DNA of 61,433 nucleotides. Source: a virus (Duplodnaviria; Caudoviricetes). Shown one piece after another: positions 38,147-48,325 of this stretch. The notes under the pieces were generated by a model that saw nothing but the letters and a program-made list of their open reading frames with translations, was not told the DNA's origin and ran no database searches. Location: the IMG/VR virus record IMGVR_UViG_3300035701_000031, positions 1 through 61,433 of that record. One strand, given 5' to 3'. The position numbers were made by a program, and so were the translations under genes. Each line of letters starts with the position of its first letter. Positions within the stretch are counted from its first letter, which is position 1.

Positions 38147-38244
38147 TTTTCTCACTCCAGTTGAATTATATTTTTGCTTCCACACGCAATGCGCTTTTTA
38201 TGCCCATTTGAGAATATTGTCCCGCAATATTTGCATTGTTGCAT

Positions 38245-38850
38245 TCAAACTCCCACATCAGGCAAATCATCAGCCATTGCGCTTGAAAAGCTCGGCGGTT
38301 GTGTCGGCTGGTCAAGTGAAATATTGTGTTCATCGCAAAGCTGCACATAGTAATCTATTATTTCTTCCATTGTATTGTCAAGCGCAATAATTATCCCTGC
38401 AAGTGTAATTTGCTTTTTCTGGTAGGTCTTTGTCGGGGAATACCCAAGCATCTGGTCTCTATCCAGAACATATTGCAAAACACTTAATGGGATTCTATAA
38501 TTCTTGTTGTCCATTCCCAAAACATTCACTCCTTGAAATAACAAATTTAATTTTTTTACCATAACTGGTTCATTCAATCTTTTTGCAAAAATTTTGACGA
38601 ATTGATAAAGTTTCACACATTGCCTCGGCTGCGTTGCCGAAAGAATGTTCATTATGATTACTGCGAGATTTGAGAATGGCTGTTCCTGCACGCTTCTCAT
38701 TGGGGGTTCAAATATTTTTTTTATTTTTCTTTTTTGTTTTCCTTTGATTTCAACTTCATCCTCTTCTTCCTCTGGGTCTGGCTCTTCAAATTCTGGCGGA
38801 AAGTCTGGCTCGCTATTTTCAACATCAACTTCATCGGGAATGGTTGGCAT
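38245..38850 (-). CDS. hypothetical protein with acidic N-terminus
   Basis: 201-aa ORF in the morphogenesis gene chain. Confidence 0.7.
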   Translation of the reverse strand: MPTIPDEVDVENSEPDFPPEFEEPDPEEEEDEVEIKGKQKRKIKKIFEPPMRSVQEQPFSNLAVIIMNILSATQPRQCVKLYQFVKIFAKRLNEPVMVKKLNLLFQGVNVLGMDNKNYRIPLSVLQYVLDRDQMLGYSPTKTYQKKQITLAGIIIALDNTMEEIIDYYVQLCDEHNISLDQPTQPPSFSSAMADDLPDVGV

Positions 38851-38936
38851 ATTTTTCACTTCCTTTTTTGTAATTGTGGGCAAATGAAGTCAAGGAGGTA
38901 AAAGAAAAGCTTTGTGAGCATTCTTTAACTTTGACT

Positions 38937-39365
38937 TTACCTGCTTGCCACTTTTTTAAACTCCTTTTTCTCAATTTCCTCTTTTGTCTTTTTAATTAAC
39001 GCATCGGTTTCTTCTGTGTATTCCCCACTCTCAATTTTTGTTTCGTGTGTTAAGCATCTATGCGTTTTGCTTGTTTGCAACACCGCATCTTTTACATCAA
39101 TTCCCTTTTTTTTCATGTCATTAATAAATTTTTCTCTTTCAAACTCTTTTTCTTTATTTCGCAAATAAATTGCCCTTGGAATAAATTTTCTTACGCCATA
39201 TGCTCTACTTTGATGGGGCGGGTAATAAAGTTGGCATCCGCATTGGCAAATTTCAGAAGTCCAGTCTCGTGTAATTTTAAGAGATATTGGACTTTCACAA
39301 TTAAGGCAAATCACCTTTTGTCGTTCAAGAGATTTTGATATATTTAAAAAATCCCAAACTGCCAT
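38937..39365 (-). CDS. Zn-finger protein
   Basis: CLNC...CQCG; start MAVWDF. Confidence 0.65.
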   Translation of the reverse strand: MAVWDFLNISKSLERQKVICLNCESPISLKITRDWTSEICQCGCQLYYPPHQSRAYGVRKFIPRAIYLRNKEKEFEREKFINDMKKKGIDVKDAVLQTSKTHRCLTHETKIESGEYTEETDALIKKTKEEIEKKEFKKVASR

Positions 39366-39370
39366 TTCTT

Positions 39371-39832
39371 TCAAACCCCCATCATTATTAGTAAAACCAA
39401 GCAAATTGCACACGCTAAAACATAAAGCGAACCCAATTTTCTGTTCCAAAACATTGTTGTGTCTTTTTTCAAATCATAGGTGTCTGGTTCGACTGGCTGT
39501 TTTAATGGGTTCAAACCCCACATTTTTGTTTTTGCTTGTTCAAAACTTGTATCGACTGTGTTCATTGCTTCTCTTGGGATTGCTGTGTGATGCCTTGCCT
39601 GCGGTGTCATTTGTTCTTGTTTTGCCTGTATTTCTTTTGATAGTTGGCTGTAAACTTGCTGGTATGCCTGTTTTTGCCGAATGGGTTGCGCCATTGGTTG
39701 TGGCTGTGGCTGCTGTTGTTGTTTTGGCTGTATTGGTCTTCGTGATTGCTTGGGTTTTTTAAAAATCTCATTAAAGAGAAGAACGCCGAAAATAAAAATT
39801 CCAATGAGTGCAATAATAAAAAGAATGTTCAT
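39371..39832 (-). CDS. membrane protein with N- and C-terminal TM helices and Q/P-rich linker
   Basis: Two hydrophobic segments. Confidence 0.7.
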   Translation of the reverse strand: MNILFIIALIGIFIFGVLLFNEIFKKPKQSRRPIQPKQQQQPQPQPMAQPIRQKQAYQQVYSQLSKEIQAKQEQMTPQARHHTAIPREAMNTVDTSFEQAKTKMWGLNPLKQPVEPDTYDLKKDTTMFWNRKLGSLYVLACAICLVLLIMMGV

Positions 39833-40006
39833 CAAAATCGCCTTATTTCCTTTTGTAATATCCTGCAATTCTTCGTTCTAAATATTCCCATTCCCGTTCC
39901 AAATTTTCTCTATATTCTCCTTGCAAAGGCAGTCCAGCAAGAAGCCTAACAAAAATATCTGAAATTACTTTATTTTTTGGTTTGAACCCCATCTTTATCC
40001 CTTTTT

Positions 40007-40900
40007 TTATCTATACAGCCCTTGTTGCGGTGCTGCTTGGTATGGCACTGGTGCTCTCGCTAATTCTTCATTTCTTGTCGCCAAAATCTTGCTGAACCAT
40101 GGGTCAATTGCAATGCTCATTTCTGTTGCTGTCTGCGCCAAGTCCAAACTCTTGAAGTAAGCTCCCATAATTGCTTCCAGTTGATTCTGGATTTGGTTTC
40201 TTGTAATATCCGATGACCATTGCTTGCTGGGATAAAAGTATTCACCAAAAGGCGCAAGCCCGACATCTTTTATGTATATATCGCCTAAAATTTCAGAATG
40301 ATATTGCGGATGGCAGCGAATTACAAGCGGGTCGCCCAGCCCAAGAAACCCCTGTTTCGCAACAAAAATGCTGTCTCCATCCCCGTCTTCAATTATGTCA
40401 TATTCTGGGATTGGCAATTTTTCTTTGTTTAATATAATTCCGCCCCTTTTATCTTTGCAATAAATAAGCCCCCCTTTTTCATCTTTCTTTGGTCTTGCCG
40501 TCAAATAAGGAATCCATCCGACCCCTTCCAAATTTCCAATCAATGCCCTGCTTCTCATCCCTTCTCCCCTTAACCATAGCCTATAAACGTTTGGCGGTTT
40601 CAATAATCTGGCTTTGCTGACAACTTTTATCCTAAAATCTTCCGTTGGGCTGTATGGCTTTTGCTGCATTTTTTGCATGAAAGCCGAAAGTGCGAATAAA
40701 ATCAATCCAATTGCGATTGCCACCTTAACAAATGAAATTACGAAATCTCCGATGTTGGTAATTGCGAATCCAAAAAGCAAAGTGGTTACAAGCAAAACTA
40801 CGGCAATTAAAATTATGATTTTTGGCACTAATCCAAGCGATGCCCAAAATGTTACTGGCTGTTGTTGCTGTGGCTGTTGCGGTTGCTGTGGTGGATACAT
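40007..40900 (-). CDS. two-TM membrane protein with cytoplasmic domain
   Basis: Two N-terminal TM helices; 297 aa. Confidence 0.75.
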   Translation of the reverse strand: MYPPQQPQQPQQQQPVTFWASLGLVPKIIILIAVVLLVTTLLFGFAITNIGDFVISFVKVAIAIGLILFALSAFMQKMQQKPYSPTEDFRIKVVSKARLLKPPNVYRLWLRGEGMRSRALIGNLEGVGWIPYLTARPKKDEKGGLIYCKDKRGGIILNKEKLPIPEYDIIEDGDGDSIFVAKQGFLGLGDPLVIRCHPQYHSEILGDIYIKDVGLAPFGEYFYPSKQWSSDITRNQIQNQLEAIMGAYFKSLDLAQTATEMSIAIDPWFSKILATRNEELARAPVPYQAAPQQGLYR

Positions 40901-40906
40901 GAAGAA

Positions 40907-41161
40907 TCATTCCTTTTTTTTCAATACTATGCCTATTATATAGTTTTCAACTTTCCAGATTGCAATAATAGCCAAAATAACTGCAAAAGTAATAAGCAGC
41001 AATCCACTTGCTACTCCCAATGCTTCGGCATTTGTTTCAATCTCCAAAACCATTGAATTTTCTAAATCAGGATTCATGCCCCATAGCCAAAATCCCCCTA
41101 TTATCACATTAGCAAACCAAATAATAATAAAAAATTTGATTGTTTGTTTTATATTTACCAT
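40907..41161 (-). CDS. small two-TM membrane protein
   Basis: Two hydrophobic helices. Confidence 0.7.
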   Translation of the reverse strand: MVNIKQTIKFFIIIWFANVIIGGFWLWGMNPDLENSMVLEIETNAEALGVASGLLLITFAVILAIIAIWKVENYIIGIVLKKKE

Positions 41162-41178
41162 TTTATATCACTGACACA

Positions 41179-41538
41179 TCAAATCTGCCCCTTGCCTTTG
41201 AAAATTAGAAATAGCACAAAGAATAAGCCCCCGCCCACAATTATTGCGAATATCATTGTTGAAAGGTCGGGCTTTGAATCAATTTTTTTATTTAGTAGAG
41301 TTTTGTATTCTTCGAATTGCTCTTTTGTTACAAACACATTCAAGTCGTCATGTATTTGAATTTTTAAATCATTTATTGAAGCAATTATTGTGTTTTGCCT
41401 TTCATTAACTGCATCTACTTTTTGGCTTATTTGTTGAATGACAGTTGCGGGCAAAGTGTCATCAGTTGTCTGGGCAAAAATGACTGGAATCACAAGAAGA
41501 ATTATTAACGCCAAAAGTGCCCATACTGTCTTTCTCAT
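41179..41538 (-). CDS. signal peptide, coiled coil and C-terminal TM protein
   Basis: MRKTVWALLALIILL..., heptad region, TM plus basic tail. Confidence 0.75.
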   Translation of the reverse strand: MRKTVWALLALIILLVIPVIFAQTTDDTLPATVIQQISQKVDAVNERQNTIIASINDLKIQIHDDLNVFVTKEQFEEYKTLLNKKIDSKPDLSTMIFAIIVGGGLFFVLFLIFKGKGQI

Positions 41539-41654
41539 TATTTATCTACCTTTCGGTTAATTTAACAATAATATAAGGGTTTCTTTCTTTTTAAATATTT
41601 TGCTTGCTTCGGCTTTGGTAAAAATAGCAACTTTTTCTTCAGAATGTTTTTTTC

Positions 41655-41749
41655 GTTGTAGGAAGTAACGCCTTTGGAGACGCTGAAGAAACAGCATCAA
41701 TGAATAAGGAAGCCCCAACCTCAACAACAGTTAGGTGGGGGTAGTTCAC
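41655..41749 (+). mobile_element. orphan IS200/IS605 right end (omegaRNA-like remnant)
   Basis: GGAAGTAACGCCTTTGGAG...ATGAATAAGGAAGCCCC-hairpin-GGGGTAGTTCAC resembles a tnpB 3' end; no tnpB ORF upstream. Confidence 0.6.
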
Positions 41750-41782
41750 TTCTTTTAGTCTATGTTTAGCTCCCGTTTTTTG

Positions 41783-42190
41783 TTATCTTAAATCCTTTAC
41801 AGTATAACCATACTTTTTGGCTAAAAATTGTATGCGTTGTTCACTTTCATTTTTTCTTTTTTCTTCTTTTTTAAGTTCTTCTTGTAATTCAACAATTTTT
41901 TTAATATTCTTTTTGTGTTTTGCAAAATCAATGTTATCTTCAATCATACTTATTATTTTTTCACTTTCCTTATAATCACTAATTTGTTCTGATAATGCAG
42001 GTGGATAATGGTGCGTAGCCAATACAAATCCCATTTCTTTACCTATTTTAAATGGAACAGTAATTGGTGAAATAATAAATTTCCCTGCTCTACCCAATTT
42101 ACTAAAAAATTGTTTTGCCTTTTTCCCAGTCTTTATTTTCTTGGCAGCCAGTGAATGCCTCGCACTCTCCAATCTCCATCCTTTTGTCAT
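41783..42190 (-). CDS. ARH-motif protein (mosaic of blocks in 23154 and 25134)
   Basis: MTKGWRLESARHSLAAKKIKT; ISPI.VPFKIG; RIQFLAKKY. Confidence 0.8.
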   Translation of the reverse strand: MTKGWRLESARHSLAAKKIKTGKKAKQFFSKLGRAGKFIISPITVPFKIGKEMGFVLATHHYPPALSEQISDYKESEKIISMIEDNIDFAKHKKNIKKIVELQEELKKEEKRKNESEQRIQFLAKKYGYTVKDLR

Positions 42191-42221
42191 TTAAAATACC
42201 TCACAAAATCATTAATATCTA

Positions 42222-42274
42222 TGTCCTTTCTTATATAAAAACATTTTGGTTCTTTTAAAATAGAGAAAGACGGA
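42222..42274 (-). promoter_or_regulatory. 53-bp repeated promoter element, copy 4
   Basis: Two mismatches to copy 1; identity extends about 10 nt further toward the gene. Confidence 0.85.
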
Positions 42275-42443
42275 ATAGTTATCATTCTAATCATTCCTTC
42301 TTTTTCTACATTTTTTTACCTTGACAATGCCTTCCATAATACAATGAATCCAAGAATAAGAAAAACCCAAAATAAAATTTCGTATTGAAAATCTTGGCAA
42401 AATTTTGCACCTTGAACTATCACTTCGTGCTGGCAAACATAAG

Positions 42444-42785
42444 TCATTTTTTCCACCTTTTTTTATTTTTTTTGATAAAAGTTCTTTTAAGAGCCAAACT
42501 GATTTTTTTCTTTGTTTTTTCAGAAAGTTTTTTTCCTTTCATTCTTTTGCTGATTTCGGGTCTTTTTTTTCCAGCCCAATACCCGATTTTGCCCCACAGT
42601 GGGTGATTCTTACCTTGAAATTTTTTCTTAATTTCTGGTCGTTTCATTGGATTTTTATTTCCTATACATTTTCCTTTACGGCTTTTACTAATTTTTTGTT
42701 TTGTTTCTTTTGAATGATGTTTACCTAAATGAGAATTACTCATTTTTTTCTTTGTTTCTTTTGACAAAAACCAATATCTGCCCAT
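42444..42785 (-). CDS. NUMOD3-repeat protein lacking a nuclease domain (possibly decayed endonuclease)
   Basis: Only H.KETK.K.S and NHPLWGK repeats. Confidence 0.65.
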   Translation of the reverse strand: MGRYWFLSKETKKKMSNSHLGKHHSKETKQKISKSRKGKCIGNKNPMKRPEIKKKFQGKNHPLWGKIGYWAGKKRPEISKRMKGKKLSEKTKKKISLALKRTFIKKNKKRWKK

Positions 42786-42812
42786 ATAATACCCTTTTTC
42801 CTTTTTTCCCGT

Positions 42813-43127
42813 CTATTTTATTATATCATGCGTTTTCGCCCAAAACCAAACCATTATTGACCCTACCATAAATATGAAGAGGGTTAATGATGATATTTGA
42901 ATCCCGAAAAAAAAATTTGTGCCTAATGAAAGCAACCACCCAATATAGCCATATCCGCCAGAGAGGGGATTTATAGTTGTCATGTCCCATAATAATACTC
43001 CTGCAAGAAAAATCATTAATGGTAAAGCACCTATGCGCCGAAATAACTCATTGATATAATAAATTGTTGAAAGAAATATGTTGGCTACTATTGTAAGAAC
43101 TGCTCCAAGTGTAACTGGTTCTGGCAT
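42813..43127 (-). CDS. small multi-TM membrane protein
   Basis: Hydrophobic throughout; directly after the 1730-aa gene. Confidence 0.75.
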   Translation of the reverse strand: MPEPVTLGAVLTIVANIFLSTIYYINELFRRIGALPLMIFLAGVLLWDMTTINPLSGGYGYIGWLLSLGTNFFFGIQISSLTLFIFMVGSIMVWFWAKTHDIIK

Positions 43128-43133
43128 TTATTT

Positions 43134-46100
43134 TCACTTCTCTCTTTTCTTTCCAGCCGAATATAAAAACATCACTCCAGCAAATAATATTGCAATAAAT
43201 ATAATCAAGGGAGCATAGGTATTGAAAGCGTAAATGACCCACCTTTGTGCATCCCCCGCAGCATCGCCAAAAGAAACTCCACCTTCTCGTGGCGTTGAAA
43301 ATGTAACAAATTCATAGTTTCCTATTGTTGTTTTTCCGAAATAATCGTAATAAACTTTCATTCTCATTTTTATTTTGTGCTCCTTTAAATTTTCAATCAA
43401 TGTGCCATCTGCAACAAGATAATTTGGTGAAGTGAATTTTCTGCCATTAATATAAATTGTAATTTCCCCTGCTGGAATTGATTTTCCTTGTTCAAGCAAT
43501 GTTGTGATTAAATTGCTTCTGCCCACAGTTGATTCATTCAAATCATATAAAGCAAGAGTATCTGCAAAATCATTTGCGTGCAGATTTTTAAATTGAATTG
43601 TGATTTCCCTTGTCCTATTATAATTCAAATCATTTAATTGTGCGACAAATGTCTGGTCAAGTTGCATATTTTGTATTTCTCCTATGCCCCAGCTTCCTGC
43701 TGCCCCCCCCATACATCCAATAACCATTCCGCCAACCGCAGTTGCCCCTGCAATTCCCGCCCCTGTGGATAATGTTACAAGTGCTGCCCCTGCTGGTGCA
43801 CCAAATCCAGTTAAAACTAATCCAATTCCAACAAGAAGACCAATGCCACCAGCCCAAGGCGCAACAGAAGCACACGCACCAGCCATGTCGGCATTTGCGT
43901 GTTCATATTTAAATCTATTCCAAATTGCATTAAAATCGAGATTGTATGGGTCTTCTTCCATCATCAAAATTTCTTCCGCATCTATATTGAAATTGATTAT
44001 TTGATTGACGGCATCGCTTTTATTTGGGTCAAAGCTGCTGTTTGGGGTATAGAGTGTGTATTCTATTTTGTCAATATATTTTCTTCTTGTTGCAATCCAT
44101 TGCTGGAATGTTATTGTATCTGTATCAAAATCGGTTGCCGATGGGGTAAATGGTATTATTTCAACTGTTTGTGGCATTGTTACAACAAAACTGTTGTCTA
44201 TCGTCATATTTATGTCGTTTTGTGCACCAGAATTTTGCCCGCTTTGGTCTGTAATATATACAACAACATTGTAATCACAGGGGCTTCCAACAACACATAA
44301 CCTGTTCCCGTTCCAATCGTATAAATTCGTATTCCACATTAATATATTTTCTCCAGTTTCTACATTATAAAATTGTTCGACTGGATAAAATCTTGGTGTT
44401 AGTGCCCATCCGCCTGTTATTGGTCTCAATTCAAGGCTGCCAAGCAAATAAGGATGAATGTCATCCATTTGTGCTGTTAAAACTTTTGCCACTAATTTCA
44501 TGTTTGTTTCATTTGACATTTTGACTTTGCAGCCTGCATTCCCTATAAATTCCCAAAATTTATTATCGCTTGGAAGTTGCCCATTAGCTTGTATTACATT
44601 CCATAATTCAAGGGCATCAGCCCTATATAAATGCCAATTCCCACTCCAGAAAAGACGATAAATTGTCCAATTATTGGCAAATAGCCATTCCATGGCATCG
44701 TATGAAGGAAGACTTTTTATTTCTGATATTGTTATGCCCGCTATATTCTCAATGCAATTTATATCACTATATTGTGTTGGGTCATATCCCTGAAATTCAA
44801 GCAGTATATGTAATGGCACTTTGCCTATTGGATAAATTGTTCTTCCAATCCAACTATTTGCATCTGTGCTTTTAAAAACGATTTCAGCAAAAGTCGTGTA
44901 ATAACCTGTATTTGGAAAACGCCAATAATTTTGCAAATCATATTCAAAGTCGCAGACCATTCCAGCGCATTGAAAATCAGTTGCTTTGTAAAAAATATGT
45001 TGGTAAGCCAAGGCACTATTTGGTGCTGTATTTTGTGAATTGCAGGTTTTTGTGTCTGCTTGTGCATAATTTGGATTGCACAGCCAATCTCCATAATAAA
45101 TATACATTTTTACTGCACTGAAATTGGCTGGTTCTGTGCCTCTTAATATAATGTCCCCTTTCGGTGCTTGATTTGGCTGCCTTGTTTCTTCTTGAATCTG
45201 AATCATTGCATCATTATTAAACCATGGATAGTGGTGCAATCTTATCCATGCGCTTTGCTGTTCATAGCATTGGGTTGTTCGTGTTTCTATATTTTCACCG
45301 CATAAACTTACTGTTATTTTTATCGGGGTTGTTCTGAATAAAATGCTGCCTGTTATTGACGGCTCTTTTACAACATAAACTGGGGCAATCAAATCATCCA
45401 AAGGAAAAAAGTCTTCTTGTATTGGGCTGGTCAAATCTTTTTCAAATATTTGAATTTTATTTTCATCATTTACGCCATAAGCATATACTTCAACCATATA
45501 TTTCGTGAGTTTTTGTTCCCTGTCATAGGCTAATGTATTGAATTTGAATCCCGCCCCTTCATTAATATATTTGTAAACTTCCCCTATACTAATTCCATTT
45601 AATTTAAAAATTAAATCATAGGCTGGAGATGATGCTCCATTCAAATATACTTGCCCATTTGGATAATTTATATCATCGCTGCTTACAATCCAATAATCAT
45701 TTACATCTGACGTATATAATTCAAAATAATATTGTGTGTCAGTTTGAACTTGAACATTATCAAAATCAAAACACACTTCTTCTGCTGCTGTATTCACACA
45801 CCCTTCTACAAAATCATTTTGTGTTTTTGTTGCTGTGCCCAATAATTCGGTTTTTGTTGTATTATTGTAAATTTTTAAATCGACATCTTGTTCACCAACC
45901 CCTGTTTCAGGGCAGAACTCATCGTCTTTTTTGTATCCTTTTATGCAAATTTGGGAAATTGCGGTTGATATTCCTGTTTTAAATGTTTGCCCAACTACAT
46001 GGCTCGAATCAATATTATTGCCAGTATATTCTGCTGGGTCTATATCTTCACTTATATCTGTAAATCCTATCCCAGTTGGGCTTCCCCAAACATCAAGCGG

Positions 46101-48323
46101 TTCTCCATTTGCCTTTACTAATTCCAAATCTGTTTGGAAATATGCCCTGTCCAGTAAAACAACATTTGCCAGATAAACAGTATTTGCTATTGTTGCTTGT
46201 GTTTTTATCCATAACTTATTAATGTCATTGATTTGAATGCTATATCTTTTTTTCGTTGTTGTTATATCTACTTCTTTCCAGTTTCCTTCTTCGCCGATAT
46301 ATAATGTTTCATTTCCCAAACCATAAGCAGTAAATTGAAATTCATAATAGGCATTGTCTGGGTCAATCTGTGGAATTGGCTCTTTTATATATTGATTTAT
46401 ATTATTGACACTTGCTATTGTCCAATAATCCCAATAACTTCCATCTTTTATATCATGGGTTGATGGGATTGATTCAATTTCCCATATTATATCATCGCTT
46501 AAATCTGGGAAATCCCTGATTGGCAGCCTGTAAACTAATTTGAAATAAATATATTTTATCCCAGTAACTGTATGAAAAAATGAATACACATATGTGTTTG
46601 TTGCATTATTCCAGATTTTTTGCATTGGATTGGTGCTTACGCCTTCTGTTGCTTGCCCGTAAGTTAAAGTGCTATCAAATTCCCATTCATTATTTAAATA
46701 AGCATCGCAATTGTCCACATTTCCGCAATCAATTTTATATACCCAATATTGCCTCGCATCTTGGTTGTTTAATAAAATTCTGTGGTTTAAGCCAGTTGTC
46801 GGGCTTACTTTGTGTTTTACTCTATAAATGACATCTCCTGCTATTGCATTAATGTTGGCATCTCCCCCGATATTTGGTATGTCAATGGAAGTAATATTTT
46901 GGATTGGTGTTACTTCCCAAAATTGGTTTGATGGAGAAGTTTCAATTGAATAAAATTTTCCACTGCTTGCAAGTGTATTCCCATCTCCTTTTACATCGTA
47001 ATCAATATTCCATAGAGGCACTAATGGACTTGGCGGAAGCCCTGTTGTATTCCAATTATATGTGCAGGTTTTTTCTTGGTCAGTTCTTATTTTTGTTTGG
47101 TCAAAGTCCCATGTTTTAAAAGAACTTGCATGACCACCTAAAGAATATTCCCACCAATTTAATACAAGACTTTCAATCCCGCTTTCTTTTTTTGTGTAAG
47201 GAGCTAAACTATTCCAAGCAGTTAATCCGCTTAATCCAATATTCATATCTGCTGTAACTTCTTCCCAATGCCCTGCATTCCACATACCTACACGAAATCC
47301 AAGCTGACTTGAGTCTTTTCCAAAAACATATAAATTACCATTATATGGTAAGAAAACGGGATATGTAAAAAATACTGGGTTTAGAGTGCGGTCATATCTA
47401 CAATCACCCCCTATTAATTTATTCAAATCTCCAACCAAATAATTGTCTTGAACCCATGTATCTCCTGTCCATCTTGCCCCCATATATTTTGAAGGAAGGC
47501 AGCCATATCCTGAACCATAACAAGAAGCAAATATAGAAATAACATAAAGATTTCCATTAAACCAAAACCAATTAGTTGGGTCTCCAGTCATTTCACCTAA
47601 AAATGGGTCATACATATTACTGTCTATGCTACAATAATATGCTCCAAAATTAAGATAGCGATTCCACCACCACATAAAATCAGGGTCATCTGTTAAAGAT
47701 TCACTCCATCCAGTTCCATTCCAATCTTTTGAATAAAAATTTCTTTGTCCCATTCCACCACTCCCCCACCAAGTCGAAGGAGTATTATTTGTGTTCCATG
47801 GTTTTCTGCCAATCCAACTTCCCCCAAAATTATTCCATAGTCCAGTAGTTGGCTGTTCTGGCGAAAAACCACTATAATAAGTTCTAACCACCCCATTGTT
47901 TACATCATAATATCCACCAAAATGATAGCCTTCTGGAATACTCCCCCACCACATCACATTTCCATCAAATTGTGTATCAAATTGCCATATATTAGTTACT
48001 GGGTTTACATCTAATTCTACTCCTGAACCAGAATCTGACAATCCCCACGCTGGATTTTGTTGGTAAGTTCCACATTTCCCGCTATGTATTAAATCAAAAG
48101 AATCTATGAAATAATTTTTTGTTCCTGCCGAACTATACCATAATCCAGCAGTAAAATTTTGCGGTAAAGAAGAATCTCTAACTTTAAATGTGATTGGATA
48201 AACTTGCCCAATTTGAATTTGTTCATCCTGTGATGGTGTTAATGGGGTAACAATCGGCGCAGCCCCCACCCCAGCAAATAAGCAAATCATCGCAAGAATC
48301 CAAAAAATATTTTTAATCTGCAT
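43134..48323 (-). CDS. very large secreted, C-terminally membrane-anchored protein (putative spike/entry protein)
   Basis: Signal peptide MQIKNIFWILAMICLFAG, W/G/Y-rich beta region, Gly/Ala hydrophobic hairpin near C-terminus, terminal TM plus KKREK. Confidence 0.8.
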   Translation of the reverse strand: MQIKNIFWILAMICLFAGVGAAPIVTPLTPSQDEQIQIGQVYPITFKVRDSSLPQNFTAGLWYSSAGTKNYFIDSFDLIHSGKCGTYQQNPAWGLSDSGSGVELDVNPVTNIWQFDTQFDGNVMWWGSIPEGYHFGGYYDVNNGVVRTYYSGFSPEQPTTGLWNNFGGSWIGRKPWNTNNTPSTWWGSGGMGQRNFYSKDWNGTGWSESLTDDPDFMWWWNRYLNFGAYYCSIDSNMYDPFLGEMTGDPTNWFWFNGNLYVISIFASCYGSGYGCLPSKYMGARWTGDTWVQDNYLVGDLNKLIGGDCRYDRTLNPVFFTYPVFLPYNGNLYVFGKDSSQLGFRVGMWNAGHWEEVTADMNIGLSGLTAWNSLAPYTKKESGIESLVLNWWEYSLGGHASSFKTWDFDQTKIRTDQEKTCTYNWNTTGLPPSPLVPLWNIDYDVKGDGNTLASSGKFYSIETSPSNQFWEVTPIQNITSIDIPNIGGDANINAIAGDVIYRVKHKVSPTTGLNHRILLNNQDARQYWVYKIDCGNVDNCDAYLNNEWEFDSTLTYGQATEGVSTNPMQKIWNNATNTYVYSFFHTVTGIKYIYFKLVYRLPIRDFPDLSDDIIWEIESIPSTHDIKDGSYWDYWTIASVNNINQYIKEPIPQIDPDNAYYEFQFTAYGLGNETLYIGEEGNWKEVDITTTKKRYSIQINDINKLWIKTQATIANTVYLANVVLLDRAYFQTDLELVKANGEPLDVWGSPTGIGFTDISEDIDPAEYTGNNIDSSHVVGQTFKTGISTAISQICIKGYKKDDEFCPETGVGEQDVDLKIYNNTTKTELLGTATKTQNDFVEGCVNTAAEEVCFDFDNVQVQTDTQYYFELYTSDVNDYWIVSSDDINYPNGQVYLNGASSPAYDLIFKLNGISIGEVYKYINEGAGFKFNTLAYDREQKLTKYMVEVYAYGVNDENKIQIFEKDLTSPIQEDFFPLDDLIAPVYVVKEPSITGSILFRTTPIKITVSLCGENIETRTTQCYEQQSAWIRLHHYPWFNNDAMIQIQEETRQPNQAPKGDIILRGTEPANFSAVKMYIYYGDWLCNPNYAQADTKTCNSQNTAPNSALAYQHIFYKATDFQCAGMVCDFEYDLQNYWRFPNTGYYTTFAEIVFKSTDANSWIGRTIYPIGKVPLHILLEFQGYDPTQYSDINCIENIAGITISEIKSLPSYDAMEWLFANNWTIYRLFWSGNWHLYRADALELWNVIQANGQLPSDNKFWEFIGNAGCKVKMSNETNMKLVAKVLTAQMDDIHPYLLGSLELRPITGGWALTPRFYPVEQFYNVETGENILMWNTNLYDWNGNRLCVVGSPCDYNVVVYITDQSGQNSGAQNDINMTIDNSFVVTMPQTVEIIPFTPSATDFDTDTITFQQWIATRRKYIDKIEYTLYTPNSSFDPNKSDAVNQIINFNIDAEEILMMEEDPYNLDFNAIWNRFKYEHANADMAGACASVAPWAGGIGLLVGIGLVLTGFGAPAGAALVTLSTGAGIAGATAVGGMVIGCMGGAAGSWGIGEIQNMQLDQTFVAQLNDLNYNRTREITIQFKNLHANDFADTLALYDLNESTVGRSNLITTLLEQGKSIPAGEITIYINGRKFTSPNYLVADGTLIENLKEHKIKMRMKVYYDYFGKTTIGNYEFVTFSTPREGGVSFGDAAGDAQRWVIYAFNTYAPLIIFIAILFAGVMFLYSAGKKREK

Positions 48324-48325
48324 TT

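Noticed and set aside
15306-42274. 53-bp repeats or ARH-coding repeats as a CRISPR array
   Set aside because: Copies are dispersed by kilobases or are protein-coding with synonymous variation; no regular spacers or cas genes.
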